61,782 nt of DNA from assembly GCA_030324005.1 (NCBI GenBank), contig JARDVH010000163.1, positions 25,688,998 through 25,750,779 on the forward strand, in the 5' to 3' direction. Under the pieces are notes generated by a model. That model ran no database searches and was not told the DNA's origin. It saw nothing but the letters and a program-made list of their open reading frames with translations. The stretch comes from Negaprion brevirostris (lineage: Eukaryota). The position numbers were made by a program, and so were the translations under genes. Shown here in pieces: positions 34,490 to 48,650 of this stretch; position 1 is the first letter of the stretch, and every line of letters starts with the position of its first letter.

Positions 34490-37400
34490 AGAATTTGTAG
34501 AGCAGGAGCAGTTCATTTGGTCCCAATTCTGCCATTAAATGAGATCATGGCTGAGTGGATTTGTGTTTTAACTCCACTTTCCTGTTTGTGACCTGTAATA
34601 GTTGATTCCTTGTAGATCAAAAATCTATGCAACTTACCCTTGAAAATATTCAGTGACTCAGCTCTCTGAGGTGGAGCATTTCAAAGTTTAAAAACATAGG
34701 GTGGCACAATGGTTAACACTGCTGCCTCACAGCACCAAGGACCCAGGTTCAGTTCTGCTCTTGGATGAATGTGGAGTTTGCACATTTTCCTTGTGTCTGC
34801 ATGGGTTTCCTCCGAGTGCTTTGGTTTTCTTTCACAGTTCAAAAATGTGCAGGGTAGGTTAACTGGCCAAGCTAAATTGCCCCTTAGTGTCAGGGGATCA
34901 ATAGAGTAAATATGTGGGGTTATGGAGATAGAGCCTGGGTGGGATTGTTGTCAATCTAGGTTTAATGGGCCCAATGGCTTCCTTCTGCATGGCAGGGATT
35001 CTATGATTCTACAAGTAAAAAAAATCTTCCTCATTGATGTGCTAAAGGAAGACTCCTAATTTTGAGATTGCTCCTTAGTTCTGACTCCCCCCCAGGAGGG
35101 AAAACATCATTACCTCCTAATCTACCATGCCCCCTCAGAATCTTTATACGTTTCTATATGCCCATGTCTCAGTCTTTCAAACTCCATTGAATATAGACCC
35201 AACCTGCTCAACCATCCCTTTGGAAGGGCAATATTTTCATCCCAGAAATTAACCTAGTGAAACTTCTCTGAACTTCAACACAAGTATATCCCTGCTTAAA
35301 TAAGGAGACCAAAACTGTGCACTATATTAGATGGGAGTCTCAATGCTCTATATGGCTATAGCAAGATTTCAATGTCTTTTTACTACAGCCTCCTTTGAAT
35401 AAATGCTATCATTCCATTCGCCTTCCTAACTACTTATTGTATCTGCATGCTAACTTCATCCATGAGGAACTCAGATTCCGCTGTAAGGCAGCATTTTACT
35501 GTCTCTCTCCATTTAAATAATATTCTGCTTTTCTATTCCTCATGTTAGTGAACAATTCAACATTTTCCCACTTACACCCCAGCTGTCAAATGTTTGCTCA
35601 TTGAGTCAACCTATCTATGCCTTTGCAGACTCTTTGTATCCTCCTCCTAACATGTTTTTCTACCTATCTTCGTATTGTGAGCAAATTTGGCTGCCATACT
35701 GTCATCCAGTATTGATTGTAAATAGTTGAGTTGTCAGCACGAATTCTGTGGCATCCCACTAATTACAGTTGACAACTTGAAAATGACTCATTTATCTCAA
35801 CACTCAATAATGTATAGTTAATCAATCTTCTGTTCATGCTATTATGTTATTCCCATCGCTGTGAGCCTTGTGTACTAATCTTTTATGTGGTCCCTTATTA
35901 GATACCTTTTGAAAACTCAAATATTCTGGGGTGTTCTTACCTTCTTGTTCCACCGGTCGATGAGATCTTACCGGGCCCGGATATCCAGTGAGGTCAGGGG
36001 GCATGAGACTAATCTCAATATTTAAATCCATTAAAATGTGGATTTAAATATTATTAGTGAGCCTGGGTCCAGGCTCACTTGCCTTACCAGCCTTGGTGAT
36101 GAAGGTCCTCACTGGCAAGAATCACGTATGGTCCTCATCAATGGAGTTCTGTTGTGATGACTTTGCTGGTATAACCTGAGGCCATTGAGGACCCCTGGAA
36201 AGTTGGGGGCAGGGAGGCAGTTCCCTTTGGACAGTGTCAGCCTGACACCTTAGCGCTCTGGCAGTGCACACCAGCCCTTGAGGGGGGTAGTGGGTGGAGG
36301 GGGGTGGGGGGTGGGGAGGGTTGGGGGTTGGGGGCATGCTAGAGGGGGGCAAGGCCTAAGGGGAGGTGAATGGATGGAAGCTGCTCACTCTGCAACCAGA
36401 ATCAGCTGAGCAGTGGCAGGAAACAGCGCACTCAGCAACCAGAACTCAACCAGAGGGCAGGGAGCAACTGGGCTGGGGATGGTCAGCTCGGTGGGGAGGG
36501 GTGATCATTCAGGGAGGCGGGCAATCGCAGAGGTAGGTGGAGGGAATGCTGGCGATATCCGGAGGTGCAGGTAACTGACAGATCTCTCTGTTCTGCACAT
36601 AACACAGAGATCTGCACATGTACTACTGCACCATCTACTGTCAGCTGCAGGCTTTCTAGTGAGATTAGGCCCCATCCCCTACTGCTGGGAAACAGATTGT
36701 GCAAACCCAGAATGGCATAACATTAGACTTGTGGTCTTGTCAAAGAAACAAATCTGAAACCCTTCTGTTTTCATCCTGTTCGAGACTTTCAATATTTTTG
36801 GTAAGATCATCCCTACTGTACCTACTGGTTCCCCTTTATCTACTCTGCTTGTTATATCCTCAAAGAATTTTAACAAATTTGTCAACCACGATTTCCCTTT
36901 CACGAGACCACGTGTACTCTGCTTGATTGTATTACAATCTAAATGTCCAGGTACTTCTTGCTTAATCATGGATTTCAGCATTTTCACAATGACACGTATT
37001 CAGCTAACTGGCCTATGGTTTCCTGATTTCTATCTCCTACTCATCTTAAGTAGAAGTCTTACATTTGCTATTTTCCAATCCACTAGGAAATTTACACTAA
37101 TGAACCCACACTCTCTGCAGTCACTTTTTTTAAGACGTTAGGATGCAGGCCATCAGTGAACTTTTCAGCCTTTAGCCCCTTTTGCTTTACTAGTCCTTTC
37201 TTTCTCGTGATCGTGGTTATCTTAAGTTCTTTCCTCCCCTTTGCTTCTTGATTTTCTGTTGTCCTTAGAATGCTTTGTGTCATCTACCATGACGACAAAT
37301 TTAAAATACTTATTCAAAACCTCTGTCATTTCCTTGTTTCCTATTATTAAGTCTCATCTGTTAAGGGACCAACTTTAGCTACTCTCTTCCTTCTTATGTA

Positions 37401-37960
37401 CTTGTAAAAGCTCTTTGTATACTTGGAGAAGGATCATTGTATGTGCAATCAAATTAAAAATAGTGGAAGCCTCCTTTGAAAATAAATGCACATCAGATAA
37501 AAAGTATAAGAAACTAGGAGAAGAATCCTAAGACTCATCCAAAATTCAATCATCTGTGGTGTCCTGTCCTATTTATTGTGGAATCTCTGGATACAGAACA
37601 ATCTTAGCAGTCACCCACATGCTCACCAAAACCCTACCAAACACTCCATATGATGAATACATTTTGCCTCAAAGGATGGACAAGAAAAAGCTCTTACTCT
37701 TTTTTTTATATTTCTTGCTAGTTTATTGTCATATTCTAATTTCTCTCGATTTACTTTTGTCATCCTTTGTAGGCAATCTTCTGGCCAACCACTAATTTTT
37801 GCATGATTGTATGCCTTTTCTTTCAATTTGTTACCATCCTTAACTTCCTTAATTAGGCACTAATAATGCATCCTTCTTGTATAGTCCTTCACTCTTGATA
37901 AATAAATAAATCTCTGTTGAAAGTTATGAAATGTCTCCTTAAATGTCTGCCACAACTTCA
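34490..37960 (-). mobile_element. Long fragmented CR1 LINE with nested SINE and Harbinger-derived pieces
   Basis: GLVKGKSWLTNLLKFFEDITSRVDKGEPV; DGLHPNVLKKV; REKLEYDNKLARNIK; 3' UTR at about 34490-34690. Confidence 0.8.
34699..35010 (+). mobile_element. tRNA-derived SINE (HE1-like)
   Basis: GGTGGCACAATGGTTAACACTGCTGCCTCACAGC head and ggattctatgattct tail. Confidence 0.85.
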
Positions 37961-38129
37961 TTACTGTCAGATACTCTTGAACATTTGGTTCTCTACCTTG
38001 CTCAACTTGCAACTTTGACTCTGTAAATTACTATCAATTACTCATTTATTTTAATTTGTCTATTAATTCATCCACCTTATTATGAATGCTCCATTCATCC
38101 AGATCTAGACCTTTAATTCTGTTTTTTTA

Positions 38130-39068
38130 AACCTTCTCTATAATAGGATAAGCAGAACTGTACACAATATTCCAAATGTGACCTTATTAATGTCTTATAC
38201 AAGTTCAGTAAAATGTACCAACTCCTGTATTCAGTGTTCTGACCAATTAAACCAAGTGTGCCTAATGCCGCCTTCATCAATATGTCCACCTATAACTCCA
38301 CTTTCAAGGAGCTTTGAACCTGTACTCCTAAATCTCTTTGTTCTATAACTCCCCCCAAATGCCCTACCATTAACTGATGCTATGAGGTAGCAGTGCTAAT
38401 CTGATCTACAAAAATGCATCACCTCACATTTATCTAAATTAAACTCCATCTGCCATTCATCGGCCCACTGGCCCAATTGATAAAGATCCCGTTGCAATCC
38501 GGGATAACCATCTTCATTGTCCACTGTGCCACCAATCTTGGTGTCATCTGCAACTTACTAACCATGCCTCCTAAGTTCTCATCCAGATCATTAACATAAA
38601 TAACAATGGATCCAGCGCCAATCCCTGAGGCACACCACTGGTCCGAGGTCTCCAGTTTGAAAACCAATCCTCTACAACCATCCTCTGCCTTGTCTCAAGC
38701 CAAATTTGTATCCAATTGGCTACCTCACCCTGGATCCTGTGAGATTTAACCTTATGCATCAACCTACCATGCAGTACCTTGTCAAAGGCCTTGCTGAACT
38801 CAATGTAGACAACGTTGACTGCACTGCCTTCATCTACCTTCTTGGTTATCCCTTCAAAAAATTCAATCAAATTCGTGAGACATGATTTTCCACTCACAAA
38901 ACCATTCTGACTGTCCCTAATCAGTCGTTGCCCCTCTAAATACCTGTGGATCCTGTCTCTCAGAATACCTTTTAACAGTGTACCCATTACAGACATTAAG
39001 TTCACAGGTCTGTAGTTCCCAGGCTTTTCCCTGCAGCCCTTCTTAAACAAAGGTACAGCATTTGCAAC
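38130..39068 (-). mobile_element. CR1 LINE RT fragment
   Basis: ORF 38571..39086: PLFKKGCREKPGNYRPVNL...GKSCLTNLIEFFE...FSKAFDKV...SGVPQG. Confidence 0.9.
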
Positions 39069-39735
39069 TGAGATGAGGAGGAACATCTTGGTTCAGGAGG
39101 TTGAGACTCTTTGGAATTCTCTACCTCGCAAGGTTTTAGATGTGGAGTTACTGAGTATATTCAAATTTTAGATTAGTAAGATTTTTGAGAATGAAGAGAA
39201 TCCCGGAGAATGAGGATAAGATGGGAAAGTGAATTTAATGTAGAAGTTCAGCCATGATCTTATTGAAGGCTGGGGTAGGCTCCAGGAGACAGACAGCATA
39301 CTCTTGAAGAATTTTATTTAGCTTTGTTACGATCCCAGCTGATGTTACTATTGGACAGTCAGTTGCCAGAGTGAAACCCAGCTCAGCAGATCCTAACTTT
39401 TATATTTTGTTCAGACAAATGGATGAACAGAGTCATAGGACTGCCCTTTAGCTTTTCGCAAAAGAACAAAATATCTATTAAACAAGAAAAGATTAACTAT
39501 ATTACATTACTCCACCCCCATATTTGTATAACTTTACAAATATGCACAGATTTAGAAGGATAACACAGGTTACAAAATCTTATAGTCTAATGTTCTCAGT
39601 AAGTACACATTCCATGTAAACCAATAGGTTAAATGNNNNNNNNNNNNNNNNNNNNNNNNNNNNNNNNNNNNNNNNNNNNNNNNNNNNNNNNNNNNNNNNN
39701 NNNNNNNNNNNNNNNNNNNNNNNNNNNNNNNNNNN

Positions 39736-39866
39736 TCGTTCGTACTGTGGGAGGAATCCCACGCAGACGTGGGGAGAATGTGCAGACTCCGCACAGGCAG
39801 TGAGCCAAGCCAGTAATCGAACCTGGATCCCTGGCACTGTGAGGCAGCAGTGCTAACCACCGTGCC
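39736..39866 (-). mobile_element. tRNA-derived SINE 5' part
   Basis: Reverse complement of GGCACGGTGGTTAGCACTGCTGCCTCACAG...GGTTCGATT. Confidence 0.8.
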
Positions 39867-41053
39867 ATTTTGCCACCCCTCAGGCAGTGGCAAGATCAGC
39901 AATGAGCCTTCCCTGAGAAGCAAGATCTCAGAGGTTGCTATCTTGTGTTCAGCAGCACCTCTGAGGACAGGCACGCAGAGCAAACAAGGCTACGGAGGGA
40001 GCAGGGACAACGGCATTCATGGGGTATGAATCATGGAGAGGTGGGTACAAGAATTAGCAGCGAGGCCGGTGGATGCTTCTTGATGAGCCCAACTCCCTGT
40101 CCAGTGCCTCGATCAGGTACTGAGCGCCTTTGTGCAAAGACCAGATTTGAACCCCCGCACCCTTGGGTTGGTAAGCCGGCTGGACAGGTTTAGCTGTCAT
40201 GTGCATCTCTTGGTGAGTGGGCCAGCTGCAGCTGTGTTAATACTAGTGGCAGGACATTAAAGAACTTAAGTGGTTTTAATTGGTCACTTAAGGGCCTCAA
40301 TAGGTGATGAGGCAGAAAGGTCAACCATGGGCCTTCCCGCCCAAAGCATTAACTCTGGAGGAAGCGGGAAGATGTTGTGTTCCTGTAGCCATCAACCTGT
40401 TAAGTACATACCCTTCCCACTACCAAGCCCACCACCAGTGAGAGCAGAAGATTTGATCCAGTGCCTGCTATACCAGTAGGCTAAGTAATTTTGCAGCAAT
40501 ATTTGAAACAAAACAATTTCAATTCAAATAAGGGGTCACTCAATTAAGACAGAGACAGGAGAACATTTTCCTTTCAGAGGGTAGTGAACTCTCTTCCTCA
40601 GAAGAAGCAGAGTCTTTGAATATTTTTAAGAATTCAATTCAATTCTCAATTTAAAATCCTTTTAAAAGAACATAACCATGACTCCTGCTGCCTTCGGCCT
40701 AGTTTTTTTGTCACTACGCTGACAGACAGCAGTGGGAAATGTGTGTAGTGTTCTACAATGCCAGATTTCCACTCCCCTTTAGTGCTTTCCAACCCTCCAA
40801 CGTGACTTATGGCAGCTGGCACCAGGGTTGGCCCAGTTTCGGATTAGCACGGACAAATGAGGCGAATGTAACGCAGTGGCATATGAAATGATATGAACTG
40901 CAGGATGTCTTGACACATCTCCTTAATTAAACCTGCGCTAGCAGAACAGAATAGAATCCTGACTGTGCTGCAGAAGGCCATTCAGCCCATCAAGTCTGCA
41001 CCGACTCTTCGAAAGGGCATCCCATCCAGGCCCCTGCAATTTAATAGGTTACT

Positions 41054-41350
41054 TAGAATCCCTACAGTACAGAAGGAGGCCATTTAGCCCATCGAGTCTG
41101 CACCAACCACAATCCCACTAAGGCTCTATTCCTGTAAACCCCACACATTTACCCTAGCTAATCCCCCTGACACTAGGGTTAATTTAGCATGGCCAATCAA
41201 CCTAACTCGCAAACCCTTGGAATGTGGGAGGAAACCAGACCACCCGGTGGAAATCTATCCAGATATGGGAAAAATGTACAGACGCCACCCAAGGCCTGAA
41301 TTGAACCTGGGAACCTGGCACTGTAAAATAACAGTGCTAACCACTGTGTC
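41054..41350 (-). mobile_element. tRNA-derived SINE (HE1-like)
   Basis: Full reverse-complement head and tail. Confidence 0.85.
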
Positions 41351-41365
41351 ACCATGCCTCACCAT

Positions 41366-41666
41366 GCACAGTGGTTAGCACTGCTGCCTCACAGCACCAG
41401 GGACCCAGATTCAATTCCCAGCTTGAGTGACTGTCTGTGTGGAGTTTGCACATTCTCCCTGTGTCTGCGTGGGTTTCCTCTGGCTGCTCCGGTTTCCTCC
41501 CACAATCCAAAGATGTGCGAGTTAGGTTGATTGGCCGTGCTAACTTGCGTCTTAGTATGTAGGTTAGCGGGATTAGTGTGGTAAATGTTTGGGGTTGTGG
41601 GAATAGGGGCACAGACTCGATGGACCAAATAGCCTCTTTCTGCACTGTAGAATTCTATGATCTATG
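41366..41666 (+). mobile_element. tRNA-derived SINE (HE1-like), head-to-head with the previous copy
   Basis: GCACAGTGGTTAGCACTGCTGCCTCACAGC head and aattctatgatctatg tail. Confidence 0.85.
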
Positions 41667-41863
41667 CTTGTTACAGAATTGCATAATTGGTCTCACTGTA
41701 ACTCTGTCTTCCATATGAGGGTTTTCAATTATCGCTCTCAAAAGAGCATACCTTGGAATTTTCTTGCAAACGACGCTTCTTCTCTGGTGCCTTCTTCACG
41801 GATCCACATCCAGGATTTCAAGCTCTCTTTTTAGTATTCTTCTTCTCTGGAATATCTTGTGCA

Positions 41864-41985
41864 TTCAAGTTTCCCCATAATCTCCCAGGTATACAGCCAC
41901 GCCAACAGAATACCACTGCTTCCCAGGTTTCCACACAATCTCCCAGGTATCCAGCCACGCCAACAGAATACCACTGCTTACCAGG
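41864..41985. repeat. 58-bp tandem duplication (2 copies)
   Basis: tctcccaggtat(a/c)cagccacgccaacagaataccactgctt at 41881 and 41939. Confidence 0.9.
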
Positions 41986-44900
41986 CTGAATTAAGGTGTC
42001 ACCAATCGTATGATGGCTTCTCATTAGCTGACACCTACAGGTTTTATATTGCAGCCTTGTCTTTTGCTGAGGGCCCCTCTCCCTGCTCCTCACTTCACTG
42101 AACAGAACCTTTTTTTCCAGGTTTCTGTTCCTTTAGCTTCTTGAAAATATCATTACCTGGTTTCTGGGACTTTATGTTCTTTAGCTTCTGGGAGTTGCTT
42201 TGTATCCTTCTTTATTGTCCTGCTTGTACTGGGAGTTGCTATAGAAAGTGTCTTGCTTCTGGGTTACCCGGTTTCAACTGAACTCAAATGCTTTTGCTTT
42301 TCAGTGTGACCTCCGGTGGCTAAGCAAAAACTTATTTTTTTTAAGCCTATAATTGTTTTTACATAATAAAACCTCAATTACAATTAAGGCAAAGTTTAAA
42401 GTGAAACTAAAACTGAAAGACTTGTCACCTTTGTTTAACATGATACTAAATTTAATTTCAACCCTTTTGTAGCAAACAAATATGGACCACAAAGTAAACT
42501 TAAGCATAACTTATTCCTAACACACACAATACAAATTACTTAAACCATCTCCATTTTCTAAAAGCTTTCAAAATATAAAAGATCTAATGTGGCTGTCACT
42601 TCAACATTATTGATTGGAACTCCTACTTATGGTGAAAGCAACACAATATGGTGAATTCAGAAAATGTAACATCAGTTGCAGCATTCTCCTCATGGAACCC
42701 ATGACCTCACAATATAATTATGCTTTTTGCTATTGATCTTAATAGATTGGAGGGAAAGAAATATACCAAGCCAATAAATTAACAGTCTGACAAATGCAAA
42801 TGTGAACTGATGGCTGGTTGTCCTGTAGTCAGCAAATACCTTAAGAAACCATAATCAAAAACTGAACAGCTCAGCTGGCTTCACCGCTGCTGAAAATGCT
42901 CTGTTTTGCAGTCATTGTTTCTAAAAATCTCAAGTTCATCACTCAGTAGAAATATCTGAAGCATCTTCAAGCAAAAATAGAGACGGAGGCTATATAAATG
43001 ATAGCAGACACATTTCAAAGTATCTATGCCTATGTAAATCTGTCACTTCCTGTTTCATTTGCACATGTAACAATATTTTGACTTGCCAGCTATTGTTCTG
43101 CTTTATTGAAACGGAAGTATATGTGAAGAACATTGTAAGATACTTCTGTTCTGCAATTCAAATAGAAAATTTGGATTTAAAGGAAAGTAGACTTTTGAAT
43201 GATTTCCCTGGTGAATGCTGATAGAGTTATCAGGGTGCCTATATGCACAGCCTTGCACTGAGGGAGGAATCAGTTATGCCCAGTTAGTAAGCTGAGATTT
43301 ATGCTTGTGAAACTGGCCCTCAGGAGTTAACTCTTGGCACCATCAGCTTCCTATCTTGCTACATCCAAGACTGAGCCTCAGCTTTCGTTAAGAGGCCTGG
43401 CAGACCAAGTGCTTTGCATAAAAGGGCCAAGCGATTCTTCTCTGTCTAGGATCCCCAGCTCCTGCATTTGTGGGCTGATTGGATCCCCCTTCCCACCTTC
43501 CCAAAGGTCACCTCATTGTGCAAATGTGAGCATCCAGGTGTGACCAGGAAACCCAAGTCCTTCCTGAAAGAGCTGTCAGTGGCCCTAAGCGCATGGGCNN
43601 NNNNNNNNNNNNNNNNNNNNNNNNNNNNNNNNNNNNNNNNNNNNNNNNNNNNNNNNNNNNTGGATGTGTCCCCTTCTGTGTGCTCTGGGGGCTCCCGAGG
43701 GCTACCAGCTCAGGAAATTGGCAATGGAGAATACCTGAGTGCTAGCTGCCTATTCAATACAGGAGAGTGATGATGACTTGCAGATAGGTAAGGATTGTGA
43801 TGCTCTTCAGAGATATTGCTAATGTCTGACTGTCCATCTGATGGCAGCTCTCAAACTCCCTGTGGCTTGGATCATTTCAGAGCAATGATGCATAGTCAGT
43901 CAACGCTCCTGATGCTGTCTCGGGGGACTGGGGTCCAGTTGTAGGATGCCCTGTATCATTACGTAGTCCTGTCAGTGCAAAGGAAACACCTACCTCGTTG
44001 CGAGGCCATTCTTTCTATGTGCTTGGTTTAAATTAGCATTTGGACTGAACTTCAGTTTAATTCAAAGCCATTATACATAGTGCTGCAATAATTCTAGTTA
44101 AAATTCTAACAGGTAATAGACATGAAAATTTACCAATTAACGCCAAACAAAAAACATATTGTTGCACTGTAACACAAGTGGTACCCACATTATATAAAAG
44201 CACCCTTTTCTTACATTTACTAAATTAAATGTAAATCATTAATATTTATATTTAACTAGGCTGAGCCGCTTGATTCTGAAGGAGAAAAAATGCTCCCTCA
44301 TGCTCCATTTAGAAACCTGGGATCTTTCACTTTCAGTGTCAGTATTTCCCTTGAACATCAGCCACTCACCCCCAACACTACCTTTATTTCAGAGACTGAT
44401 CCATTGGGATTCTGGCTACCATGAACTCCCACCCAAGGTCCTGTTGCTGCCAGGAGTCAATCTTGTCAAATGTTAATGAGATAGTAAGTTAAAATGGTGT
44501 GGAGTGGAGAATGAGGAAATGATGGATAATTTGGAGGAGAGGGGAGAGAAATCCTATCACACTGTATTCTGCCTATCCTAAATGCTGTCCAACTCATTGC
44601 CAAGTTAAAATCAGTCCCATCTTGTCTGTAATAGCCACAGATGCAACCAGACCTGCTGAGTGTTGGCAGCATTTTCTAGGCTTTTTCTATTTTAGATTCC
44701 AGCAACTGCTGTTTTTTTTGTATCAACCAATGTTGACTGTTAAAAGGCATCTTGCATAGCTCGCAAGCTTGAACATCATTAATAAAACAGCAATATATTT
44801 TTGCAAATCAAAATCACATCAATAAAACAAAATGTAATATTTTACTCAAGTTAGAAAACAATTTAAAAAGTTCTGTGTCACCTACTGACTGAATCTGTAG

Positions 44901-46607
44901 TAGCCAAGACTCCTTCTTGGAAATATCTGACAGGAGGTACCAACAGACTCAGACTGGTACTGGCAAAACTGGGGGCATTAAAGAAGTCAAACTGAAATCC
45001 TAGCACAAAATCAGTAGCTGCATCCCTCGTGGGACATCAGAAGGTTTCTAAGCAGAAGTCATGGTTGAAGATTAGTTGCAAGCATCAGAGAGAGAGATGT
45101 TGAACTACGTTGCTCCATGGTTTATGGGATGAGGGACATGTACATTCACTCAAATCAACACAGCTGTTGGGAAGAGAACACAGCAATTGAGCAGCAGCTA
45201 TAGCGGGAGTTGTGCAGTGGCCAAGAGAAACCAGTGGCATAATGCAAGAGCATGTAAGCAGGAGTAGTGGCAACCATGGCACACTTGCACCCTTCTCATG
45301 GCACACAGTGTGCCGCAACAAAGCGATTGGAAAGCACTGCTCTACATCCCTAAGTGCATAACATCACCCATGTCCATGTTTTGTGGCTGTAAATTCTGAA
45401 CCCTCCTAATCCCACCACTGTGCCTAGGTGTCTCCACAGGATCCATTTCTAAGATTGAAGCAGCCTACTGTCTGCCATGCCCTGCTGCCTGAGATGACAT
45501 TGGTAGGTGTCCTCAGAAGGACTGGGACCTTGAGGGCCCCGGCTGACTTGAACATCATAACTTAAACTTTGGGATTAATTTCAAAATAATCTTTTTATAA
45601 TTGCAAAAATATGAATGTGAGATCTCCAGAGCCTAGGCATAGTAATATCAGAATACCCATTTTCAAATATACTTAATAGTGTTGTAGCGTGACCCTGTTG
45701 TGTCTGCTGGGCTGGATGCACCTCCGTCCCTGGAAGGAGTGAGTCAGATGGACTGGACACTCCCAGGATCTCCTGCTTGTCTGCGGGTCAATAGTTCCTT
45801 CCTCTCCTCCAAAGCACCCAACATTCATGTCAGGGAACCTTCTGTGAATTTTGCAGTTGGCATTCTTGTTGCATCCTCTTAGCTGGACTGTGAGCAAGTG
45901 CTGTGGAGCCGTTGAAATGCAGCACTGCTCAGATGACTCCAGGACATCAGTTCTGACATTATTCCATGCGTGCTACACAGCTCCCATTTTTAAAAAAAAA
46001 ATTCAATTGTCTAACAATTCCAGTCTCGATTGTGCCAATGGAGTCACTTGGATTCTTGTGTCAAAAATGACATGTAGCCAAATTTTGGGAAGATTCTACC
46101 CTTTGTGTCCTGCACCTTTGCTTCAAGATGTTCACCAGAAAATTACTGGGCCCAGGTGGTGCAAATAGAAATAGGGAGAGGCAGTAAAAAAAGTGGGATG
46201 CTGTTAGACATGGTCCCCTGATGCAGTACTTCCAGTGGGAAAATGGATCTGCTGTCTGCTTCAAGCAGGCAGGCAGTGGATTTGCATAGTTAAAGACTTT
46301 CAATATCTATTTTTTGAGTTGCTGATGTTTTGTCAAGAGTGGGGCAGCACTCTGATACTTGGGAAAGCTGCCTGCTTAATGGAGGTAGCATCCCTATAGC
46401 AGCTGGGAGGGCCACGGGAGCCAGAAGCTCCATGGCCCACAGAGGGGGTCATGGGGAGGGAAAGTTGACTCTGCCAACTCAACGATCCCCCCCCCCAAGG
46501 GGGGAATTTATCCTTGTGCAACAACCAACCATGCGATATCTTGTCAAAGGCCTTGCCAAAGTTTTATGTAGACAACATCCCTGCAGCCACAAATCTTTAA
46601 GGGCGCT

Positions 46608-47000
46608 CTAGCTGATCTATGATCACTGAAAGTAGATCTTGCATGTTTGTATCAGGTACCCTGGGACCTCGCATGGCTCTTACAACTTGAGTCAGTCCCT
46701 CAGCCATGAATCTTTAAGGGCACTCAACGCATAAAAGGTTGTCTCCTCAAAGATAAGGGAAAAGATGTGGCGAATGAAACCCATTTGTCATCCATAAAGT
46801 GCTTTGGAGGAGGGACACAATGCAGCACATTCAGCTGCAGGATCTTTAATATCGCAAACTATTGACATCTGAAAAATGCGCTTCAGTTGTTTGGATTGAT
46901 CACATGGGGCTCTTCATTACATAGAGGATGCCCTATATTGTTGTTGTTTGGTGTGCCTTGCACAACCTAGCGCTGCAAAGAGTGTGAAATGGAGGCAGGG
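46608..47000 (+). pseudogene. Harbinger (HARBI1-like) DDE transposase remnant
   Basis: LIYDH..ILHVCIRYPGTSHGSY, CLLKDKG, KMRFSCLD*SHGALHY and VVWCALHNLALQR match the consensus ARYPGS.HD, LLGDKGY, RFRCLD.SGG.LQY and C.LHN. Confidence 0.8.
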
Positions 47001-48420
47001 ATGAGTTATACTTCACCTTGGTTGAGGAGGACATAGAACGGGATAAATCTGAAGAGGGTGGTGATGCAGACTCACTGCTTGAGAATGCCATTGCACAGGC
47101 ATGATGCAGCAGATGTGCCCGTGACATCCTCATAGTGACAAGATTCTAGGAGGAGTAAGGTGAAGACAAGCTGATATGAGCACAGTTCTCCTGTTTCTTG
47201 ATGTCTCCTTGTTTTTTTGAGGCAGCGGAGACATCAAGACCTTCTTTGTCATCATGGACATTTCAGTCAATGTCATAAATTTCCAAAGCAATAGTAATCT
47301 TCAAGGCTAATGATAGGTTCATTTTTGAAAGGTTGAGCGCCCTAAGGAGCATGAAGCCATTGTGCAGTGAAATAAGCACTCATTCGGTCTCATTCTGAAT
47401 AGCTAACATTGTGCAGTCTTTTTCTACCATGATTTGAAAATTTCACTGGCTCAGGTAGCCATCATGGGACAGAAACGCAACTGCAAGCATTTTTTCACTC
47501 ATGGAAGTATGATAGAAGCTTAGTTGGGTGGTTGTAGGAGTAAGGTTAATGGTTGTTGCATGAACATCTGAAGACAGTTAAATCTGCATCGCAATGGCTC
47601 TCAAAATGCCAGCTCTCATGCATAATTAATAGTGGAATCACTTGATACTAAGCCCCAGGATGCCATGGCTCCTCAAGACGCCGAGAGTTGATTTTCTGCG
47701 ACAGTGAGTGGGCCAAATGAGTGGCTCTTCTTCATCTCAGTGGGCTGTAAGATTGAAATCAGGCTTGCTGACTAACCATGATTTTTTGAATAAGATTGAA
47801 TACATGTTGAATATTTCATAACAAATTGTAGAAAATGCTGAATCATTGATATATTTATAGAATTATCATCAACTTCAAATGGTGAAAACAAAAGAAATAT
47901 TTGCACTTCGGACACAGAAGGAGTGCACGGTTCTCATAGTCAGTGTTGTGTGCCGTCAGCATGCACCTCACAGTGATTGTCCGCATGTGCCAAGGAGTTG
48001 AGGTTGCATCCTTGCTGGCTTACTTGGGGAGGCCAATCTTGCCTATTGCACATAACTGATCCCCATTCTTTCTAGCCATTTCCCTGCCTCCTCAGAGTTG
48101 GAGAGGTTGTGCAAATCTGGCATGTCTGTCCCCAGGTGGGCTCTCTCCCTCCTGTTGTGGATTGTCTTGTCCTGCATAAAGGCTGATGGATGAATTGCGA
48201 GCACAATGGATGAAAGGAGTGTTCAGAAGTATACATGCCTGCTGTGTTTGCTGAGCGCTTCATAGCATGGGTTGAAATTGTCTTTTGTGCAGGATGTTGT
48301 ATGAGATGGTGATGCTAAAGTGGCTGACAGGTATGCAGTACCAATAGTGTGTGAGATCCCCGTGGACCCTAACCCAGCCTGATGCTCTTATGAGAATGTG
48401 AGTTTGGAATGAGAAGGCTC

Positions 48421-48650
48421 ACTTACCTTGGTGGAGCGGATTAGATAATTCATTTTCTCCCTCCGCTGCATTGCGGACTTTTTTTTTTCCCATGAGCATC
48501 AACCTCTCTGGTGACCTCCTCCCAGGCCACTGAGGTCAGGTGGGTGGTCCTTCTGTTCCCATCCCTCAGAAAGATGTCTCGTCTTCTTAGATTAACCTGG
48601 AGGAGAATCACCAGGAGGGCTTGCTGAACCATGGAATTGCTGGCTTGGAA
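48421..48650 (-). pseudogene. Harbinger Myb/SANT-like DNA-binding protein exon remnant
   Basis: RRRDIFLRDGNRRTTHLTSVAWEEVTREVDAH...QC, followed by a consensus donor AAG|GTAAGT at 48421-48426. Confidence 0.7.

Larger units (their letters stand above)
39325..42563. mobile_element. Probable solo LTR expanded by nested SINE/MITE/CR1 insertions (about 39635-41670)
   Basis: Starts TGTTAC and ends ...ttttctaaaa (degenerate CA). GCTT directly flanks both ends (39321-39324 and 42564-42567), consistent with a 4-bp TSD. Internal 58-bp tandem duplication. Confidence 0.5.

Noticed and set aside
36283-36350. G-run tract with G-quadruplex potential
   Set aside because: It lies inside a GC-rich Harbinger-derived repeat, where such low-complexity tracts are common.
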